Shown: positions 47,665-57,181 of the stretch, piece by piece | Layout: the number at the start of each line of letters is the position of its first letter | Position numbering within the stretch: the stretch's first letter is position 1 | DNA from: Candidatus Gottesmanbacteria bacterium GW2011_GWA2_43_14 | GTDB taxonomy: Bacteria; Patescibacteriota; Microgenomatia; 2-02-FULL-39-11 | Reading direction: 5' to 3' | DNA length: 64,000 bases | Assembly: GCA_000999095.1 (NCBI GenBank) | Contig: LCFP01000004.1 | Span: 80,930-144,929, forward strand | Notes under the pieces: generated by a model | Database searches by the model: none | What the model was told of the DNA's origin: nothing | The model's input: only the letters and a program-made list of their open reading frames with translations | Position numbers and translations under genes: made by a program

Positions 47665-47730
47665 GTGCTTCTTTTATTATTTTTATATTAATGAGTTCTA
47701 TCTTATACATTTTAACTGTAATCTTAAAAA

Positions 47731-49149
47731 GTGAAAGTTTTTATTTCTCCAATTTTCGTTGTTCTAATCTATGCCTTTCTGTTAAGAATTTATAATCTCA
47801 ATTACAATTCTCCTTTTTTGGATGAAGCTCAATATCTAATATTAGGACGGAAAGTTTTGGTAGGGCATTGGCAGGAAAGCAATCCTTTTGCCTGGGTAGG
47901 AGGGATGCCATTGTTTTATCCGACACTTTCGGCTGTCTTTGGTTTTTGGGGCATCACAGGCAGCAGGTTGTTAAATGCATTATTGGGCACAATATCCGTT
48001 TACCTTTTATATTTAATCGTCAGATATTTGAAATTATCCAATAATGATCAGGATAATGAAACCTCAGCTATCATTGCCGCCAGTTTTTTGGCAGTTTTAG
48101 CCGTGCCTTTGTACTTAAGCCGTCTGGCTATTTACGATATGCTTTCATTTACGCTGCTTTTAGCAGGATTGGTATTGCTGCTAAAAAGCTTAAAGTCGGA
48201 AAAACAAAAAGACTGGCGGAAGGAAAATTGGTATTTTGGGGCAGCAGTTTTTATAGCCGCTTCATATCTTGCAAAGTATATCTCCTTTATCATATTTCCG
48301 GTGGTTGCTCTGGCGGCTTTTTGGCAAGCAAAAATTAATGGTAATCATGAAGTCCGACTTTATTTAAAGTATTTTTTGCTGCCGCTGTCGACAATTGTCA
48401 TAGGCTATGCTCTTTGGCAGTATCCGGCGCTTATCCACTTTCAAGAAGAACAGATAAGCAAGGCAACCAGCCACTCAGTGGTAATTCTTAAAAGCTTTTA
48501 TTCTTACAGCCTGCCCGTTCTGCTGCCGGCGGCAATCGGAGCACTTTTGCTGTTTTTCAAAAGTAGCCGGACAGCCCTTGTTTTAATTATCTTAGCTCTG
48601 ACCCCGCTTGCCGTCCATCTGGCTACCAACAATTCAGCTGCCAGCGGGCAGCATTCATATTTGACGGTCATTTTCCTACTGCCATTGGCCTCATATGGAT
48701 TACAGTCATTTATAGGGAGGTGGCCCAGATTTGGCAACCTGTTATTAGGTTTATTGTTTATCGCCACTTTTTTCTATTCTTACTCCCAACTTTTGAAGCT
48801 TGAGAGAGCCTGGCCGAATACTGATAAAGCCATGGACTTTTTAAAAACAAGAACATCCGATCACGAAAAAATACTCTCTTCACAGGATGACGTGACACTT
48901 TTGGCGCTTCCCAATTTCAGGGATGAGAACATTACGGGAATCTTTGATTTTAAATATAAAAATCTGACAGGTTCCCAAGCATACAGCCTGGCCCTGTCCG
49001 AAAATTTCTTTGACTTTGTCCTTTTGGACGACCACGCCCACGGGACAATTGAATCGACAGTCTTGAATTCAATAACGTTCCATTACCGCCCAATTTACAA
49101 TGAGGAGCCTTTTACCATCTACCATAAGTCAGCTATCGCCCAAGGATGA
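47731..49149 (+). CDS. ArnT/PMT-like (GT-C) membrane glycosyltransferase
   Basis: LLRIY, DEAQY, SRL..YD, AKY motifs; multi-TM. Confidence 0.85.
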   Translation: MKVFISPIFVVLIYAFLLRIYNLNYNSPFLDEAQYLILGRKVLVGHWQESNPFAWVGGMPLFYPTLSAVFGFWGITGSRLLNALLGTISVYLLYLIVRYLKLSNNDQDNETSAIIAASFLAVLAVPLYLSRLAIYDMLSFTLLLAGLVLLLKSLKSEKQKDWRKENWYFGAAVFIAASYLAKYISFIIFPVVALAAFWQAKINGNHEVRLYLKYFLLPLSTIVIGYALWQYPALIHFQEEQISKATSHSVVILKSFYSYSLPVLLPAAIGALLLFFKSSRTALVLIILALTPLAVHLATNNSAASGQHSYLTVIFLLPLASYGLQSFIGRWPRFGNLLLGLLFIATFFYSYSQLLKLERAWPNTDKAMDFLKTRTSDHEKILSSQDDVTLLALPNFRDENITGIFDFKYKNLTGSQAYSLALSENFFDFVLLDDHAHGTIESTVLNSITFHYRPIYNEEPFTIYHKSAIAQG

Positions 49150-50186
49150 AAAGAGCTCTTTTCCTGATATTAGCTGCCGGGGTTATTTACTTTTTATGGG
49201 AAAGCAGTGACAGAACCGGCATACCTTCGCCTAATCCTGATCATAAGCTGTCATATACTGGGTCAATAGGTATCGGGAAAGATAAGCTGGACCGGTCCCT
49301 TTTCTCATTTAAGGCCAATTTAACTAAACTGGACTATGTATCTTTGTACTGGTACAACCTGGATGATGATGGACGGATCAGCCGCGATGATTCAATATCT
49401 GCGGAGATGGAAGAAGAAGTTTTGTCGCTTTCTAAAGAAAACAACCTCAAAATAATGATGGGAATAGGGGATCACGGTGATGTCGGCCGGGCCGACGAAA
49501 TTTTGGATGATAAGGACACACAAAAAGAACATTTTTCTGATGTTTTGGAAACAGCAGCCGAAAAGGGTTACGACGGGGTGACCATTGATTACGAAAACCT
49601 TAAGAATAACCAGGAAGAAGAGTTTACGGAATACATACGCACCCTCTCAAAAGAAATTAAAAATACAGGAAAAATATTGAGTATATCTATACCTGTTGAG
49701 ACCGAAGGCAGGGTAACTCACGGCATCAATCTGACTGAGATAGGCAAAATTGCCGACCGACTGCACCTTAATATATATGAAGAGTACGGCCAGGATACGG
49801 GGCCCGGGCCGATCGCTTCTTTTGAATGGGTAAATGCAGTCATTAAAAACGCTCTTAAACAGGGGGTTCCGGCTGAGAAAATTATTTTAGGCACAGCCCA
49901 TTCAGGGCACGACTGGATCATTGAGCCGGAAGAAGAATTTTATAAGGATATGAGAACAGCCGAGACGTTAACAATTCTTGCGGGAACCGGAGTTGAGCTT
50001 CGTTGGGATGAGGCAAAAAGAGCTAATTTTTTTGAATATACCGACGAAGGGCAAAAGCACCAAGTCTGGCTGGAAGATGCCAGTTCGTTCAAAGCCAAAA
50101 TTGATCTGGCCAAAGCTTACGAGCTGGGAGGAATCTTCATCTGGTATCTGGGCGGCGAAGACCCCGGGATATGGGAAATTCTCTAA
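49146..50186 (+). CDS. GH18 glycoside hydrolase, secreted or anchored
   Basis: GYDGVTIDYE (DxxDxDxE-like), PGPIAS..W, KIILG, VWLED, LGGIFIWYLG.ED. Confidence 0.88.
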   Translation: MKRALFLILAAGVIYFLWESSDRTGIPSPNPDHKLSYTGSIGIGKDKLDRSLFSFKANLTKLDYVSLYWYNLDDDGRISRDDSISAEMEEEVLSLSKENNLKIMMGIGDHGDVGRADEILDDKDTQKEHFSDVLETAAEKGYDGVTIDYENLKNNQEEEFTEYIRTLSKEIKNTGKILSISIPVETEGRVTHGINLTEIGKIADRLHLNIYEEYGQDTGPGPIASFEWVNAVIKNALKQGVPAEKIILGTAHSGHDWIIEPEEEFYKDMRTAETLTILAGTGVELRWDEAKRANFFEYTDEGQKHQVWLEDASSFKAKIDLAKAYELGGIFIWYLGGEDPGIWEIL

Positions 50187-50315
50187 TCCTTATCCTGATT
50201 AGGTTGAGATAAACTCTTATAGAGATATTTATCTATTTTAAGCGATAAATTTTTCGGTCCATTTGTTTTTATGGCAGTTAAAGACAGTAAAGCTTTGCCG
50301 ATGGAAGATTCTGGA

Positions 50316-51318
50316 TTATTTCAGATATTTGTCAAAAAATTGAAGGGATCTGGCGGAAATTTGCGCCCAGCCTAAATTGCGAAAATTGTGGTCCTGTCCG
50401 GGATACTCAAAATACTCAACCTGTTTACCTGCCTGTTTCAATGCTTCGTTCAGCTCTTTTGACCAGGCGGGATCCACTTCGGTATCAAAAAGCCCCTGGT
50501 GGAGGCTTACCGGAGTTGAAATGTAATTTAGAAAATCAATAGGGGAGGCACTTTCGGTGCCTTGATTGTTATTTGCGACTGGGCGTCTACCTCCGTAGAA
50601 TCGGGCATTATCGGAAACACGGGCGCTGGTGGGAGCCCATAAGACGAGAGCTTTGATTTTATCGGTTGCTTCAACCACCCTCAAGCCAACCTCTCCGCCC
50701 TAACTGTGCCCCCACATGCCGATTTTTTCCAGGTTAAGGAAAAGACCGTCAGATTGGTCTTGGGGATTCTTTAGATTTTTTAAGGAGGCAAGAAGGTTTA
50801 AGACGTCAATGGCATATTCGCCGGTGTCCGCGTGATACCCGCCCGTCATCCTCACTATTGCCGTGGCCACGATAGTCTGAAGCCAGGGTCAGATAGCCGT
50901 TGCGGGCCATAATATCCGCCATGGTTTGTGTGCCGTCGCCGCTTTTAAATGAGGTATTATTGAAATAGCCGTGATTGAGGATGATAACGGGAAAACCTCC
51001 GGCAGGGGATTCACCAAAGGGTATATTCATACGGCCGTAAATTTTCAGGCCGTCTGAAGAATATGAAAAAAGGTAACCGCTGTAAGAACCGTTGCGCTCA
51101 ATTTCATTTTCTATTTTAAACTCCCCATCTCCGTATGAGCGTTCCCGCAGGGAGTCAATAAAAGAAGGCTCTTTGTTTTCTTGAGGATCTGAAAAGTTTT
51201 TATTTGCGGATTCCGGTGAAGCTTCCTGTCCATTATTGCCCTGATAGAACTTTTGGAGAAGACTGAAACCGATTAAAACCGGAATAAAAAATAATAAGGG
51301 AAAGAAACGTTTCATCAA
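50316..51318 (-). pseudogene. alpha/beta hydrolase (S9-like peptidase) pseudogene
   Basis: Frameshift near 50820 (GHR/EYAIDVLNLL) and in-frame TAG at 50700-50702 within GHS*GG; downstream D and H motifs retained. Confidence 0.85.
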
Positions 51319-51497
51319 CTAGCATAATTTTGGGGATCAGCTTCAAAGGTTTTTTGGCAGTTTTCCGAGCAGAAATAGTAGGTTTTGCCATCATGGTTGC
51401 TTTTATATTCCGCTTTTTCAGGATCGACCATCATTTTGCAAACCGGATCTTTAACCTTGTTTTTATTGGCGGAAAATAATTTATCTAAGAAACTCAT
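51315..51497 (-). CDS. YHS-domain protein
   Basis: KDPVCKM.V, YYFCSENC..F..DP; ATG51497 overlaps the upstream TGA. Confidence 0.9.
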   Translation of the reverse strand: MSFLDKLFSANKNKVKDPVCKMMVDPEKAEYKSNHDGKTYYFCSENCQKTFEADPQNYAS

Positions 51498-51865
51498 GGA
51501 TTTGCCTCCCATTCTTTTTGCCACATTTTCATTTGTTCAATTTCGTTCTCTTGAGCTTCTATTATATCATCTGCCAAATTTTTGATCTCTTCATGCATGC
51601 CTTTTGCTTTCGCTTCTTTGGCCATTTCAATGGCGCCTTCATGATGGACCATCATCGAGTTCATGAAAGCCATATCAAAATCTTCCCCTTCAGCCTTTTC
51701 CAGTGATTGCATCATTTCATTCATGCTGGAATTCATGGTCATCATGCCGCTGCCACCCATCATATTAGCAGGTTGAGCCTGCTGTCTGTTGTAACCTGTT
51801 ATGAGAACTGTTAACAGAATCCCGGCGATAAAAGTTGTAATTGCCAATAAATAATTATTTTTCAT
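51494..51865 (-). CDS. DUF305/CopM-like Met-rich metal-binding protein
   Basis: Met-rich stretch, FDMAFM..MMVHHEGAIEMA, IIEAQENEI..M..W. Confidence 0.88.
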   Translation of the reverse strand: MKNNYLLAITTFIAGILLTVLITGYNRQQAQPANMMGGSGMMTMNSSMNEMMQSLEKAEGEDFDMAFMNSMMVHHEGAIEMAKEAKAKGMHEEIKNLADDIIEAQENEIEQMKMWQKEWEANP

Positions 51866-51882
51866 TTCAAATCACCGCCATC

Positions 51883-51900
51883 TATAGATAAGTATCTATA
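51883..51900. promoter_or_regulatory. perfect inverted repeat, candidate operator
   Basis: TATAGATA-ag-TATCTATA immediately downstream of the -10 (minus strand). Confidence 0.5.
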
Positions 51901-51901
51901 A

Positions 51902-51936
51902 ATATTAGCATAACAAAGATTAAGATTCCATGAAGA
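51902..51936 (-). promoter_or_regulatory. direct-repeat box C plus extended -10 (TGCTAATAT)
   Basis: ATTAAGA(51919)-ttcc-ATGAAGA(51930); 11 bp to -10. Confidence 0.8.
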
Positions 51937-51949
51937 AAGACAGATTCAG

Positions 51950-52612
51950 TCAGACCCGATGGTGATCGATGCCGCGGTAGGCTTTAATAAATTTTTCTAT
52001 TCTCTCTTCATTAAACTCATTGAATTTATCCAACTTGGTCCAGGCTGTCAGGGCGATTTTAGTATCAAGCTGAGGGTAGGGGGCAAGTATTACTTTATCC
52101 TTATATTTTTTTATGACGGCTGTTAATCCGGCAACCAGTTTTTGGCATTCATCTTGCCCTTCGGCACTGTCAGTGGCCTCTTTTTGGCTGTCCCCATCCG
52201 GCGTGCAATTATACTGTACCATAATCCCGCCGTCCTCCAGATTATGAAGCTGGAGTTCGTCAGGAATAGGGGACCCGCTTACTCCCCAGGGGGCTTTATT
52301 ATTCACGTGGGTACCTGAAGTCGGAGGCAGGGAATTGTAAGATTCGTGGGTATCGGTGATGTTTTGGATATGTTCATTGCCTAAGGTGGGGACAAATTCC
52401 CCGGGCTTCGGTTTAGAGGCTTCTCTGATAAACCAGTATCCGCCAGCAAGAAACACCAAACAAGCGGCAATAATTATTCCGTATTTCTGCAACTTACCCA
52501 GCCGCAGCTGTTTATTCATCTGTTCCCGGTAAAATGCACGTTTTATCTTCCTGCGTTCTTTTTTGGGTAATCCTTCAGGTAAATCAGGTCTGTTTTTCAT
52601 AACAGATTTCAC
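51950..52612 (-). CDS. DUF3105 membrane-anchored protein
   Basis: YNSLPPTSGTH, LHNLEDG, IALTAW; start may be ATG52600. Confidence 0.85.
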   Translation of the reverse strand: MKSVMKNRPDLPEGLPKKERRKIKRAFYREQMNKQLRLGKLQKYGIIIAACLVFLAGGYWFIREASKPKPGEFVPTLGNEHIQNITDTHESYNSLPPTSGTHVNNKAPWGVSGSPIPDELQLHNLEDGGIMVQYNCTPDGDSQKEATDSAEGQDECQKLVAGLTAVIKKYKDKVILAPYPQLDTKIALTAWTKLDKFNEFNEERIEKFIKAYRGIDHHRV

Positions 52613-52725
52613 AAACTTTCAGTAAGGTGTTCTGAATTATTAGTAAGGACAAAAATATAGGGAAAAAGCCTAAAAAGAAATAAGGATAAACTTAAGAAAC
52701 CGGTGAAATATCCATAAATTTATAT

Positions 52726-53466
52726 TTATTTTAAGGCTGCATCAATCATAGGCTTGATACTTTCATAGGGAAGAGCCCCGGGTATAAGCTGGGTACTGCC
52801 ATTTTCAGTCAGAATGATTGTACCGGGAGTTCCAGTTACACCTTCTTCACTTCCTTTGGCCATCTGGTCCTGCACTTTTTGGGTATACTTACCCGAGTCA
52901 AGACATTTTTGGAATTTGGTCTGATCAACCCCTACTTCATTGGCCAGGGAACCCAGTTTGTCCAGCGCAAAGCCGGTGCCATTGGAGGTCGTACGCTCAA
53001 AAATGGCATCAATATATTTCCAAAAAACGTCATTGCCTCCCAATTCGTTGACACACCAGCCTGCCTCCGCTTCTTTTTGTGCATTCTGATGAAAGTTTAA
53101 AGGGTAATCACGATACACCCATTTTACTTTATCACCGTATTCTTTCATGACCTGCTGCATGGTGGGATGAAAATTTTTACAGTAGGGACATTCCAGATCA
53201 GAGTATTCAATAAGTGCTACTTTGGCGTTTTTGTTGCCTCTCACGCGGTCATCACTTTCCAATTCCGGCTTTTTGGCTGCAGGTTGGGGAGAGGGGATTT
53301 GCGCGGAAACGGTGTCGTTTCCTCCTGTCCCGGCCTGGATTTCCGCCACGCCCGGGTTTCCTTTTTCCAGAAGTTTAACTTTGGTGTAAAGGGAACCGAT
53401 TGCAAACGAAGCGACAATTAGAAGGGCAACCAGAATTAATGAGCTTTTAGATTTTACTTCAGACAT
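52726..53466 (-). CDS. DsbA/BdbD-like thioredoxin-fold oxidoreductase
   Basis: N-terminal anchor, EYSDLECPYC, cis-Pro loop GTPG, GALPY. Confidence 0.92.
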   Translation of the reverse strand: MSEVKSKSSLILVALLIVASFAIGSLYTKVKLLEKGNPGVAEIQAGTGGNDTVSAQIPSPQPAAKKPELESDDRVRGNKNAKVALIEYSDLECPYCKNFHPTMQQVMKEYGDKVKWVYRDYPLNFHQNAQKEAEAGWCVNELGGNDVFWKYIDAIFERTTSNGTGFALDKLGSLANEVGVDQTKFQKCLDSGKYTQKVQDQMAKGSEEGVTGTPGTIILTENGSTQLIPGALPYESIKPMIDAALK

Positions 53467-53468
53467 AT

Positions 53469-53506
53469 TACTACAAAGTGTAGTAGTAAAGCTGACGGTT
53501 TGTCAA
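53469..53506 (-). promoter_or_regulatory. BlaI-type operator over the sigma70 promoter of the dsbA-like gene
   Basis: TACTAC-aaagt-GTAGTA (53469-53485) overlapping -10 TACACT; -35 TTGACA (53501-53506), 18-bp spacer. Confidence 0.82.
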
Positions 53507-53510
53507 TAGG

Positions 53511-54446
53511 TCAAAGCGGGAGTATATAAAGTCCGGAACATGAATGGTGGCATTCTGTATTCGGGCGGCAAAAAGATTTATGTCCCCCGTTTTCCGGACC
53601 GGTTTCCGCAGTTGACACTGAAGATAAAGCAAACACCAGAAAAATTATAAGAGTGAAAAAGGTTTGGAGGAGATTTTTAAGTGAGGGTTTTTTGGCGGGA
53701 ACTTTCAGATTAAGAAGCGCCTTTATTCTGGCCTCAAGAGTTTCGTACGCGTTTAATCCGGCAACCGCCGGCAGGGGAGCGGGTTTGTATGTTATGAGTT
53801 TTTTAAGAACATCTGACAGACAGTATTGGTCATTTTTTTGCCGGATGGCCTGCCGGTCAGCCTCAAGTTCGCGATTCAGTCTGTAATTTCCTATCAGATC
53901 TGAAACAAGCGGAAAGAAGGGAAATAAGCATTGGGTTAGATCGGCCAACAAAAGGGTGGCCGTATCTTTGTTTTCCAAATGGTATTTTTCGTGGCGCAGA
54001 ATGACTGCCAGTTCCTTCAGGCTAACCAGCCTGATAATTCCGGTGGTTATGAATATCCTAGGGTTTAAAAAGCCAAAGCAAAAAGCGGTCGGAGCATTTT
54101 TTGGGAGGATCATTACTTTATTTTCCAAACCTAAATCTTTAATAAGTCTTCTCGTCCGTTTATTCCCGGTAACCAGCGGGGAAAGGGTGCGGCTAAAGCG
54201 GTATATTTTAAAGAACGAGATAAGCAGTTTTATGGCAGTATGGAGTATCAGTAGGGACAAAAATATAAAAATAAAATCTCCAACAAGAGGGCTTGAGCCA
54301 AATGATATGTTTTTTACCATTTCCCGACAGTAATAAAGCGCATGATGAAAAAAAACCGGAAAAAACCTAAACAATATTAACAGATAACCTGATATAAGAA
54401 AGGTAAAAAGAAATGAAAAAACAAAAAGATATTTATTTATTTTCAT
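53511..54446 (-). CDS. M56 family membrane metallopeptidase (BlaR1/MecR1-like, no penicillin-binding domain)
   Basis: AFCFG..P.I.ITTG, HEKYH, ELEAD, RI..L. Confidence 0.9.
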   Translation of the reverse strand: MKINKYLFVFSFLFTFLISGYLLILFRFFPVFFHHALYYCREMVKNISFGSSPLVGDFIFIFLSLLILHTAIKLLISFFKIYRFSRTLSPLVTGNKRTRRLIKDLGLENKVMILPKNAPTAFCFGFLNPRIFITTGIIRLVSLKELAVILRHEKYHLENKDTATLLLADLTQCLFPFFPLVSDLIGNYRLNRELEADRQAIRQKNDQYCLSDVLKKLITYKPAPLPAVAGLNAYETLEARIKALLNLKVPAKKPSLKNLLQTFFTLIIFLVFALSSVSTAETGPENGGHKSFCRPNTECHHSCSGLYILPL

Positions 54447-54813
54447 CCGGATTGGCCAATAATTTTAACAGGCGCTTTTTTTTATCCTTGGGGAGCCGTT
54501 CGATCGATTGGGCAAAAGAGGCAACCGCCGAATCGCCAAAGGAAGAGAAAAACTGGCGCATAAATGACCGGGCGGCGCTTTTACCGTAATCGACTTTTGA
54601 AATTTTGGGAAAGTAGTACAGGCGGGAATCATGAGTTTCCTTCAAGACTAAGCCTTTTTGATAAAGGCGGGAAAGGATGGTGGCCACGGTAGTATAAGCA
54701 AGTTTTTTCTTAAGGTTGATTTTTCTCACGACATCACGCACAGAACAATCACCGCATGCCCAGACAATTTCCATAATCAGTTGTTCCAGATGGCTTAATG
54801 ATTTGACGGACAT
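54433..54813 (-). CDS. BlaI/MecI/CopY family repressor
   Basis: LEQLIMEIVW, SVRDV, LAYTTVATILSRL..KG. Confidence 0.92.
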   Translation of the reverse strand: MSVKSLSHLEQLIMEIVWACGDCSVRDVVRKINLKKKLAYTTVATILSRLYQKGLVLKETHDSRLYYFPKISKVDYGKSAARSFMRQFFSSFGDSAVASFAQSIERLPKDKKKRLLKLLANPDENK

Positions 54814-54816
54814 ATT

Positions 54817-54853
54817 TACTACAGAGTGTAGAATAGGATTAATTAAATTTCAA
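54817..54853 (-). promoter_or_regulatory. BlaI-type operator over the repressor's own promoter
   Basis: TACTAC-agagt-GTAGAA (54817-54833) overlapping -10 TACACT; -35 TTGAAA (54848-54853), 17-bp spacer. Confidence 0.8.
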
Positions 54854-54866
54854 CAAGGAGATTGGA

Positions 54867-57161
54867 TCAAACGGTTACTAAATCCTTTTCCGCACGGTTA
54901 AGAAGGACGGCGTTGGTGGCGACAATGATAGAGGAGATGCTCATCAGAAGCGCTGAGATTTCCGGTCTCAAGATAATACCGTATTTGGGATATAAGACTC
55001 CGGCGGCAACAGGAATGGCCAGCAAATTATAGATTGAAGCCCAAAAAAGGTTTTGCTTCATTTTGGTAACGGTGGCTTTGCTTAGACGGATAGCCCTTAA
55101 AATATCCGCCGGATCGGATTTCATCAGAACTACCTTGGCGGTTTCGATGGCCACATCAGTACCGGCTCCGATGGCAATGCCGATGTCAGCCTGGGCAAGG
55201 GCGGGTGCGTCGTTGACCCCGTCACCGACCATGGCGACAAATTTTACTTCTTTTTGAAGTTTTTTGACGTATGAGGCTTTATCTTCTGGGAGCACTTCAG
55301 AAAAGATCCTATCTATATTAAGCTGCTTGCCGATAGCCTCTGCAGTTTTTTTGTTATCTCCGGTGATCATCGCAACCTCTAACCCGAGCTCCTTCATGCG
55401 AGTAATCGCTTGCTTGGCGTTTTCCTTCACAGGATCAGAAGCGGCTGCGACACCAGCAATCTTAGTGTTAACTGCAAGTACCATAATTGTCTTGCCCCCT
55501 GAGAAAAGTCTATCTATATCATTTTGAAGTGGTGAAATATCAACCTTTGAATCTTTCATTAATTTTACGGTTCCCACAAGTACATGCTTACCGTCAACTA
55601 CTGCCTCAACCCCATGGCCTGCTAGATTTTTAAACTTTTCAACCCTGGTAGAAATACTGACTTTTCTTCTTTTAGCTTCCTCTAAAACCGCCAGACTCAA
55701 CGGGTGCGAAGATTTAGCTTCGGCTGCAGCGTCAAGAGCAATAATATCGTTCTCGGTAAATCCTTTGGAGGCAACAACATCAGTAATTTTGGGCTTGCCT
55801 TCAGTGAGGGTTCCAGTTTTATCAAGAACGACAGCCTGGATTCGTGAAACCTGTTCGAGAGTAGGAGCATCTTTAATTAAAATATTATGTTTGGCGCCAA
55901 GGCCTGTTCCGACTGCTACAGCAGTAGGGGTGGCCAGGCCTAAAGCATCGGGGCAGGCAATTACTACAGTTGATATGGCAAAAGTCAGAGCGAAAAGTAG
56001 AGGCTGTCCTAATATAAAATACCAAACAGCAAAAGTCAGAAGACCTCCTCCTACTGCCACAATCACCAGATATTTGGCAAAACGGTCGGCCAGTTTCTGG
56101 CCGGGAGCCTTGGAATTTTGGGCAATTTCAACCATTTTGACTATCTGGGCCAAAGCTGTGTCAGAGCCAATTTTGGTCGCTTTGAATTTGACTGAACCTG
56201 AGGTATTGATTGAACCACCAATTACCGTATCACCAACACTTTTAGTAACAGGCAAAGATTCTCCTGTCACCAGGGATTCATCAATAGCAGTTTCACCATC
56301 GATGATTTCTCCATCAACCGGAATTTTATCTCCAGGCTTGAGAATAAGAATATCCCCGAGTTTGACTTCCGATGTAGGCACAAAAGTCTCTTCCCCGTCT
56401 TTCCAGAGCCTTGCCTGTGGAGGAACAAGATCAAACAATGCTTGGAGGGCATCTGTAGTCCCGCGTCTACTTTTCATCTCCATCCAATGACCAAAGAGAA
56501 CAAAGGTAGTGAGCATGGCCGCGGCTTCATAGAATGATTCTTCACTGCCCAGGAGTGATAAGACGACACTGAATACGTAAGCCGCAGTAATACCAACAGC
56601 AATCAGAACCGCCATGTTAAGAGTTTTGGCTTGCAATGCTTTGTATGTTGAGTAAAGAAATATCCAGCCTGAATAAAAGAAAACGGGAGTAGTCAAAAGA
56701 AACATAATCCAATTGGCAGAAATTGGCGTTGGAAGCCTTAACCCCAAAATATTTGTACCAAGCGGAGAGTAGGCAATAATAGGCAAGGTGAGTATGAGGG
56801 CGACAAAAAACTTATTGCGGATGTCTTCTTCCATGAGTTTAGCCATTTCCCGTCCCGCTAAACCCCCATGCTCCATACCCATCGCCATAGTCATGCTAAT
56901 CTTGAACTTTTCCCAGGAGGACATCTCTGAGACAGGTTTCATCATATGCTCGCCATGTTTCATAGCCCCATGCTCGCCCGCTTTGCCCTTCGGGCTTCGA
57001 GGGGCAGGCATTCCATCGTGGTTCATTTTACCCTCTGCTATTTTTTTATCCTTCATAGCATTAGCGACGAGGGGCATCCCGCATTTTGGGCAAGTCCCGG
57101 GTTTACTCCGATGTACATCGGAGTGCATCGGACATGTATAATTTTCGGTTTCTGAGGTCAT
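54867..57161 (-). CDS. P1B-type heavy-metal (copper-like) ATPase with CPD motif and Met/His-rich N-terminus
   Basis: YTCPMH..CPKCGM, TGES, ACPDALGLA, DKTGT, HP, GDGVND, YN, MSISS. Confidence 0.92.
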   Translation of the reverse strand: MTSETENYTCPMHSDVHRSKPGTCPKCGMPLVANAMKDKKIAEGKMNHDGMPAPRSPKGKAGEHGAMKHGEHMMKPVSEMSSWEKFKISMTMAMGMEHGGLAGREMAKLMEEDIRNKFFVALILTLPIIAYSPLGTNILGLRLPTPISANWIMFLLTTPVFFYSGWIFLYSTYKALQAKTLNMAVLIAVGITAAYVFSVVLSLLGSEESFYEAAAMLTTFVLFGHWMEMKSRRGTTDALQALFDLVPPQARLWKDGEETFVPTSEVKLGDILILKPGDKIPVDGEIIDGETAIDESLVTGESLPVTKSVGDTVIGGSINTSGSVKFKATKIGSDTALAQIVKMVEIAQNSKAPGQKLADRFAKYLVIVAVGGGLLTFAVWYFILGQPLLFALTFAISTVVIACPDALGLATPTAVAVGTGLGAKHNILIKDAPTLEQVSRIQAVVLDKTGTLTEGKPKITDVVASKGFTENDIIALDAAAEAKSSHPLSLAVLEEAKRRKVSISTRVEKFKNLAGHGVEAVVDGKHVLVGTVKLMKDSKVDISPLQNDIDRLFSGGKTIMVLAVNTKIAGVAAASDPVKENAKQAITRMKELGLEVAMITGDNKKTAEAIGKQLNIDRIFSEVLPEDKASYVKKLQKEVKFVAMVGDGVNDAPALAQADIGIAIGAGTDVAIETAKVVLMKSDPADILRAIRLSKATVTKMKQNLFWASIYNLLAIPVAAGVLYPKYGIILRPEISALLMSISSIIVATNAVLLNRAEKDLVTV
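56976..57008 (-). repeat. GC-rich REP-like hairpin within the ATPase N-terminus
   Basis: Minus strand CCTGCCCCTCGAAGCCCGAAGGGCAAAGCGGGC; GCCC-GAA-GGGC core. Confidence 0.45.
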
Positions 57162-57181
57162 AATTTAATGATACAAGATTT

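Noticed and set aside
50700-50702. In-frame TAG as possible stop-codon recoding
   Set aside because: The same gene also has a frameshift, and TAG terminates other genes normally (e.g. 9173, 9882)
52613-52725. Hydrophobic reading frames between the dsbA-like gene and DUF3105 resembling a membrane-gene remnant
   Set aside because: No intact start or frame; similarity too short and low-complexity to support
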